DNA of 64,000 bases from an uncultured Lachnospiraceae bacterium (GTDB lineage Bacteria > Bacillota > Clostridia > TANB77 > CAG-508), in the NCBI GenBank assembly GCA_964470175.1, contig CAYYBL010000001.1, positions 4,982-68,981 of the forward strand, written 5' to 3'. Numbering within the stretch: the stretch's first letter is position 1; each line of letters begins with the position of its first letter. The position numbers were made by a program, and so were the translations under genes. Positions 61,101 to 64,000 of the stretch are shown here, one piece after another. The notes beneath the pieces are model-generated. The model worked only from the letters and a program-made list of their open reading frames with translations. It was not told where the DNA came from and made no database searches.

Positions 61101-62387
61101 AACTTTTTTTACTTCGCCACTACTTTGTAGCTGCTTTGCTCCTTTTACTTTTAGCTTATACTTCACAAACGCATTTGAATTTTTAATTTCATACCCATCT
61201 GATTCAAGCTTTGAATCAATTGATATTATACCCATATTTAAATTTACATATTTGAAATTTTCTTTTTCAACATATTTTACATATGAATTTTTTACATATA
61301 AAATACTGCCATAATTTTTATGATTATTGCTATCTTCTATCTCAAAAAATTCACCATCAACTACAGGTTTTTCTGATCTAACAACGACCTTAAAGTTTTT
61401 AATCTTTGTAACTGGATCAGTTTTATTATCCTTAAGCTTTATATAAAAAATATCTCCAGATTGTGGTAGACTTTGGTATTTAGAATCATATCCTACTATC
61501 AATTTTTTACCATTAGATTTAGTAGCTTTAACAATACTAAAAGTATCCTGTACATTATCGCTTTCCTCCATATGAAGTACTAAACCATCTGGATCTTTAT
61601 CTGTATATAATATGAATTGTCTCATTTGTTGAACTTGATAATTGTGAGTTCTATCATATCCATCCCATGATACAGAATATGGTCCAATTAAATAAAAAGG
61701 AGTGCTTTCACTTGTATCATCATATGTAATTGTAACATTATCAAAATCAACATTATGTTTTTTACCAGTAGCCCACTCTATATGTGGTTCAACTATATTA
61801 TCAAAATCCTCTGATGTGTTAATTCTGAAATACGAGTTTAAGTCTTTCGCCTTGTCATATAATTGATTTATTTCATAGTTTGTATCTATAAGACTACCCG
61901 CATTACGATGATGGTATTCATATTTCCACCACGTTTTTTGCAATATTTCATATCCGTGTCTATTTTGATACTTTTCAATACCAAATCTTGAAACAAGGTA
62001 TCTTTCTCCGTAGTCCTTCTTAAATTCTTCAGAGCGTCTAGTTCTATCATTATTAGGTATAATTTTAAGCTCTTTATCCTTATTTTCTTCTTTATTAAGA
62101 GTTTCCCAAATACTTTTGGTATATTTATCAAGAACAATTGATGAATATTTGTCAACATCACCATATTTTATTATAGCACCTTCTTCTAAGTCTATTCCTT
62201 TATCCAATTTGTAGTCAGATGTGTACTCATACATTTTACTACGATATCCACCATCTGGAATTTCACTTGCCTTTACTATCAAATTTTCCCCTTCATCAGC
62301 AAATGACTTGTATACAACCAAAAGTCCAAAAACAATGCACATTATAAAGCATATTAAGGAGGTTAATCTTTTAATAAATCTTGCCAT
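52182..62387 (-). CDS. Giant surface protein 3 (3,401 aa): signal peptide, divergent Cys-free head, irregular stalk modules, shared C-terminal region, TFMPPTG motif + TM + charged tail
   Basis: ATG 62387-62385 lies 3 nt after the upstream TAG (62391-62393), with GGGGAGGTG upstream. N-terminus: MARFIKRLTSLICFIMCIVFGLLVVYKSFA/DEG. The C-terminal third is colinear with giants 1 and 2 (IERPENKIFLDQEIKSIKLTTNTG, GIQNFKYINIDFDILQGTTVEINYEIAAFNIGDEDY, KTRVRQIASFVDNDLSVD, FTEIVKYENTAGRRD, ASEIITFMPPTG). Confidence 0.9.
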   Translation of the reverse strand: MARFIKRLTSLICFIMCIVFGLLVVYKSFADEGENLIVKASEIPDGGYRSKMYEYTSDYKLDKGIDLEEGAIIKYGDVDKYSSIVLDKYTKSIWETLNKEENKDKELKIIPNNDRTRRSEEFKKDYGERYLVSRFGIEKYQNRHGYEILQKTWWKYEYHHRNAGSLIDTNYEINQLYDKAKDLNSYFRINTSEDFDNIVEPHIEWATGKKHNVDFDNVTITYDDTSESTPFYLIGPYSVSWDGYDRTHNYQVQQMRQFILYTDKDPDGLVLHMEESDNVQDTFSIVKATKSNGKKLIVGYDSKYQSLPQSGDIFYIKLKDNKTDPVTKIKNFKVVVRSEKPVVDGEFFEIEDSNNHKNYGSILYVKNSYVKYVEKENFKYVNLNMGIISIDSKLESDGYEIKNSNAFVKYKLKVKGAKQLQSSGEVKKVDYTEEEIDVPINGSTTSRVYVWEGSDKPTYTLSVEKKPNDQFIEFESMTKTNLVLEKGQIGRTETYDLNKTSKIEGNLEDGEINFCANYSIKYGGDYTDGESELSYGYICIDNIIKKDDSLDNSIYSLSGKDVVQAYILTITPGNGGMFLYGSEVYKNNSYKKLIVVSGREEDEDIVYGEMNSTSGDYKYYYYDGTGPNNYCVPNRYVTDKIIWPKNDEAPKYTVERLEARNENDSEGDNSFVDNDTFINNSQYIGTAMYNDIDTSDFERVKDEGESTCMLNALKGLPKNTYAAIPNSQETIGDTGTVVKVGEQNDEDHNNEEKYYTIAKMVSNHRKESGKIKIEKILEEDDKLIKKRENNEQVFDLLKDHLKYEYEITIGTDTQKVILDKNSREAYDYSSGGFGYKWIWESANEEWLFGNRLSYTIKESLSNESTLFSGIAIERGDNKDGYTIHGNVATGTFKDFTEKAKSKPIRFYSKIVYEKGTFTISENLISPHKDDSGTNNYDIASPLVGNPGSKVRNLLKNKTIYFNIEVDGLYSYKNMGFGNSEKHYKIVDGGVFDYASPSGVSEDERYSINLNNLDLSNPENDNNCVQGGEIGEFCWVKGMPPKYIVEQDIEKIKKQSQDLVNILCNQTIGCKEGYLEAPNANSKDKRYADSMKFEFTNYVRDSITDEEDEEEILEGRIFLKQYVYGLENYLKEDQKDFEFIFDVNVSAKRKTDKFASDPSEPGVNLLKIEDLRVKSQVADDGNYVWEWTSPDIYWNPTYYETPIYTITLDKSKLPVGMKVDFAEGLSKIDAGSNHDNEVSGELCEISINESTKLNDKDHTGIDERCESTDVFFYASYGSGKKSKIKLIQRADNEKVSSILAEEKVNITYIAIKGNFTYDNEKYNSSKTYYLKSDKSLSDERKKCKIKLDLRDDFIEILESNYFSWDDDAPKVWVEYEKEYKDYVSRSITPVQYIEKGTSPDETRLDAIDSPTGVFSIVDTYFEKGKCNVNTSFSIKVSPDGIVNNIDKEKIPLYFKIDIYGIESSIVKANWDGTNWSYESQNIKLCKKEDISIKYMASSKNIGITTDDKWLRNIGGTTTVEENNNTLRHDGNDTYGATYSLEDGATDTYKFKVKYKNKESSNKAKIHIVAIRDKEQGSETIHIKAGVIGADEKGILSYKDPANLLNRTIKEVKDRDDFCTIEMDENQTSGEIYTDTFSWNDNNITKFEIRSFLESTNEEPQYWNTNLGQLNECDDNEIINVILDYTRNGIDYRIEYDPPEGIEEKKIDVNIQNKINLNGNSWDDVFLEENIQKNQFTYNLYVEGYGCKKVSAIYGENTKENGILKGGINRFRKGVQDASIKPSRAIEEDTGFYYFDKFIPNGDYISVKVSPYEKPLYYKYENEGGNQDNGYNLYTNISNVKKPSSFDVNYETEIDYENNILPFSRTIVIDNKFTDEDVLSKELTYKITIRGTYEYIDSNGNYASVVNGKNTFSAKVKGTQKIAINNVGNPVNTSVRPIYFNWKDDASAPTYSVTIEGLENDGKNLRFSNNAGRLNKAMENVISVRNELYTKTVNIKLGESLSGNEGLGNNRYNYALVIIKKKRKSDAFHYDYINFNVTLDSNGWISNNIVYNPGEELWYEVIPFDYKGDAFEVASNSAGTDENAFDRDSDRVTFKNASVTIVYNVKLVSTKINLKDSRILKEAINGDDIHQKKFKFVFNKNDMNDNNVELNFDNKNLKSDNKSFEVKYLQGDTPIVSVEVDNQKLDHWDCINLSSNGSALVGGTKNMYSSSVYVQSTFIKQVDLTSEMSGELRIDGGAASKKDRNEIEVFIEDEFGNFVDYRDKFGKKTSCPIKIDSKGKWNVYGIPTRDLYYHNYKIYYVYDGQKFEEKDSVHDQPGGTSGYVQEVLSRLNGGRGFIENKNILSEDNGNHEDDVREKYNNKFAIISKSKIGNSRKESFVSVQDRNKSSEEFLEYNGTILNDDEYKSTLGSYSNGKISSILSMMASTRYMTHPYCKGTNKRINLSKDGYRYDKDLNMEKWNYSNSYDKLAFKSIYYMQHINLNLSTRTDVEVKTSNKFKEARVFLNGDTQTFNSSDRFNIKLNSTDYYYRDEVYRQNDSFASYEKNNRNLMEEMSIELDYVYTIENKSNYALGINEIENYVTNSLTVDNINGGTFNTIPNYRSYENIDLNKTVFKFAGGKIINPKGKVDIEVTFKVNKDTINGIKDTLDIAESIENIFEISSYSTYKCENGVPIKDSNGELVYAGKMSNNFTPGNLNLNMLSDNRKLLMEKDTARSKKVNITLNNKNNNDNVAGYVYETDGKNDHPKKAPIGGMTVQQLERMRDTSGKSNVVYDFLWATDTLLDVYGGNTFSDLTGYGSTVETSREQGEGITGKYVFSNIPNKNMVVNVLYGIDKGTLDSTIGTTGDPVALKDSGAFYAKDTTGGTVLTANFEKDAYTSTPAVYNGQDFKSAIDVDGNYGDDEVMRLRAMSNAFTFINENTNVLHKANDRAAIHQKVFDDYGMTIRGNEIRTRANNKGNYSDICIIERPENKIFLDQEIKSIKLTTNTGQVILNAEYDIQYNIETLDENNKESKRGKTVKVIDETRAIVAHVTPVSNRSINLDQIQQLYKEEYKTTNGTKMWGKTYKYGTGIQNFKYINIDFDILQGTTVEINYEIAAFNIGDEDYVPAWIDELFNPSSTTDFGNKVVRYNKIESKIDDLKKSNVKNGKITFGDNDNGIGKYFYTGVIENNVDRIVKTRVRQIASFVDNDLSVDLSKNNTNNQYWKTTSAIELNGNGVDARRLIEKDLIRVDSIKDKNEISYVEKDKSNLILSVDDFGSEVSNETFEACTVPFGKHDENNPYRTKMNLVVTKVLSASDFEDMSYDTFTEIVKYENTAGRRDDAIYIGNTDPSLEIFEEATKERDSSASEIITFMPPTGIMQKEKERKRALIVCIISIIAEVVTVYTLKVGYLDKYANKDDTKF

Positions 62388-62390
62388 TTT

Positions 62391-64000
62391 CTACACCTCC
62401 CCTTCGCTATCATCATTTTTATTTTGTATATATCGTTTTCGTTTCAGATATAGAGTATAAATAACAACTATCATAATTGTAACTCCAATGATGACTAGTA
62501 TTGTACGTACAGCCTTAGCTCCTGTTGAAATTGTTATTATTACATCTGAATTTGAAGCATCATCTTCAGATTCAAAACGATTTCCGGCTATTGAATCAAT
62601 ATCAGAAATCCCGTATATATTGTAATCTTCATATATCTCCGCTAGATTACTCACTATTCCCGTGTTTTCTTCTGTCATTTTTTTAGAAAGAACAAGTTTT
62701 ACCTCTTTTTGTTCTCCAGGAACAATAAGTTCATTTTCTAGTACATTTGTATAAAGATTTCCATCATTTCCACCATACCACTTAATATTTTCTTTAATTG
62801 ATGAATTAAACTCCATATCATTTGGCACAAAATCTACAATTTTTTTAGCATATCCTGCAACCTTTCCAGTATTTTTAACCCTCAAAGTGTACTCTACATA
62901 CACAGTACTATCTTTTAACTCGTTTGGCATTATTTCTTCTTTAGCAAGGGTTACACTTTCAAATGTAGTATTTTTAACAGAACTGTTTTGAGTTGTTATT
63001 TTAGTAATAACATTTTGAAGTTCTAAGTCAAATATATCAGCATGTATTAATCCTATATCTATATTTGATACACTCTTTTCATTTACTACAATAGTGTCTG
63101 AAATTGCAACATTTTTATATACACCATCTTGCTCAACTTTGCTAGGCATAAAATCTGAATTCGAAATTCCAGATATATTCTCTTTTTTATATGTAGTAAT
63201 ACCATACTTTTTAGTATTATATTCTAATATTACATAATACTCTCCACTCTCCACTCCAGAGAAATTATAGAAACCTACATCATTTACACCTATCTTTTGT
63301 TTAATGACACCATCGTTTGCATTTACAAGAAGAACTTCCATCTTATCATAATCATCAATTTTTCCTTCATCATCATGAGCTCCATTTTTGTTTACATCTT
63401 CCCAAACTGTACCATTTACTCTGTATGTTTTGTTTATGTTTTCCTTTTCTTCTGAAATAATAGATGTACTTTGTCCAACTTCACTTTGAGTTTCTGTTTC
63501 TTGAGGAACATCTTCAACGTTAATCTCTTCTTTTGGAGCATTTTCCTCACTTATGACTTCCTCCTCAATTCCTTCAGGTTCATATGGATACTCATCTATG
63601 TTTGAATCCTCCACCTTTTTCTCAATTACATAAGAAATGTCGTTTGATTTTATTAAGCCTTCATCTTCTGTATATATATTTGCAGAATTTGTAACAGTTT
63701 TTTCTTCTTCATCAATATTTCCATCTGCAATCGCATATATTTTAACATCGACTTGATTTCCAGCTTCTACGTGAATACTTTCTGTGATAGAACTTTCACT
63801 GATATTTTCTTTTTTTACTAGATTACCTTCACTCATATATTCATAACCAATAATCTCCATACCATCAGTTACAGTATCTTCTAAAATAACATTACCCGCG
63901 TATGCACTTCCAGCATTACTTATTCTTACATTAAATGTGACTATATCCTCATCATTTAAATATGTATTTGATACATCAGAAATTTGTTCAATATCCAAAT
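62391..64000 (-). CDS. Partner protein 3, C-terminal >=535 aa only (the 5' end lies beyond the window end); ends TISTGA + TM + basic tail
   Basis: The frame is open to the window edge. The track's 'M' at 63998 is a TTG codon, most likely internal. DUF11-like segment: DEDIVTFNVRISNAGSAYAGNVILEDTVTDGMEIIGYEY. SdrD-B-like segment: VNGTVWEDVNKNGAHDDEGKIDDYDKMEVLLVNANDG. C-terminus: ...IYGISDIDSIAGNRFESEDDASNSDVIITISTGAKAVRTILVIIGVTIMIVVIYTLYLKRKRYIQNKNDDSEGEV. Confidence 0.85.
   Translation of the reverse strand, partial: LDIEQISDVSNTYLNDEDIVTFNVRISNAGSAYAGNVILEDTVTDGMEIIGYEYMSEGNLVKKENISESSITESIHVEAGNQVDVKIYAIADGNIDEEEKTVTNSANIYTEDEGLIKSNDISYVIEKKVEDSNIDEYPYEPEGIEEEVISEENAPKEEINVEDVPQETETQSEVGQSTSIISEEKENINKTYRVNGTVWEDVNKNGAHDDEGKIDDYDKMEVLLVNANDGVIKQKIGVNDVGFYNFSGVESGEYYVILEYNTKKYGITTYKKENISGISNSDFMPSKVEQDGVYKNVAISDTIVVNEKSVSNIDIGLIHADIFDLELQNVITKITTQNSSVKNTTFESVTLAKEEIMPNELKDSTVYVEYTLRVKNTGKVAGYAKKIVDFVPNDMEFNSSIKENIKWYGGNDGNLYTNVLENELIVPGEQKEVKLVLSKKMTEENTGIVSNLAEIYEDYNIYGISDIDSIAGNRFESEDDASNSDVIITISTGAKAVRTILVIIGVTIMIVVIYTLYLKRKRYIQNKNDDSEGEV

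Noticed and set aside
1-64000. Mobile element, prophage or genomic-island boundaries (integrase, transposase, flanking tRNA, terminal inverted repeats)
   Set aside because: No ORF with recombinase- or transposase-like motifs, no tRNA-like sequence and no long terminal repeats were seen. The module triplication looks like tandem gene duplication.
1-64000. Alternative genetic code (TGA = Trp, as in Mycoplasmatota, suggested by the DUF285 repeats and low GC)
   Set aside because: In the stretches I translated, Trp is encoded by TGG. ORFs of 10-18 kb are intact under the standard code, so there is no need to invoke code 4.

Overview
AT-rich, Firmicutes-like chromosomal segment. Every credible gene is on the minus strand and almost all of the window is coding. 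It is dominated by genes for very large secreted surface proteins. (1) A >=3514-codon ORF covers 1-10544. It is missing from the supplied ORF track because it has no stop inside the window. It encodes a signal peptide, DUF285/26-residue-repeat LRR-like arrays, a WWLRSP-motif domain, Listeria-Bacteroides repeats and MucBP-like repeats. (2) A small housekeeping islet at 10848-12061 holds thioredoxin plus a thioredoxin-reductase-like flavoprotein that lacks a recognisable NAD(P)H motif. (3) Three tandem paralogous two-gene modules follow. Each has an upstream 'partner' of about 1,700 aa (signal peptide, DUF11-like and SdrD-B-like domains, C-terminal L[IV]xTG-like motif + TM + basic tail). The partner is translationally coupled (1-3 nt stop-start gap, SD inside its last codons) to a 'giant' of 3,401-5,990 aa. 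The giant has a signal peptide, a variable head domain, long arrays of CnaB/SpaA-like modules carrying a K...YxxE...[C/A]xN signature, a shared C-terminal region of about 1,200-1,400 aa, and a TF[STM]PP[NT]G motif + TM + basic tail. The modules are 22865-27943/12229-22863, 46404-51785/28430-46402 and 62391->64000/52182-62387. The intergenic regions carry terminators, sigma-A-like promoters and a shared 14-nt motif. I saw no sortase, transposase, integrase, CRISPR array, tRNA or rRNA. The main candidate for something undescribed is the triplicated partner+giant module with its non-canonical sorting-signal-like termini and thioester-domain-like heads. All domain calls come from reading motifs in the translations, not from database searches.
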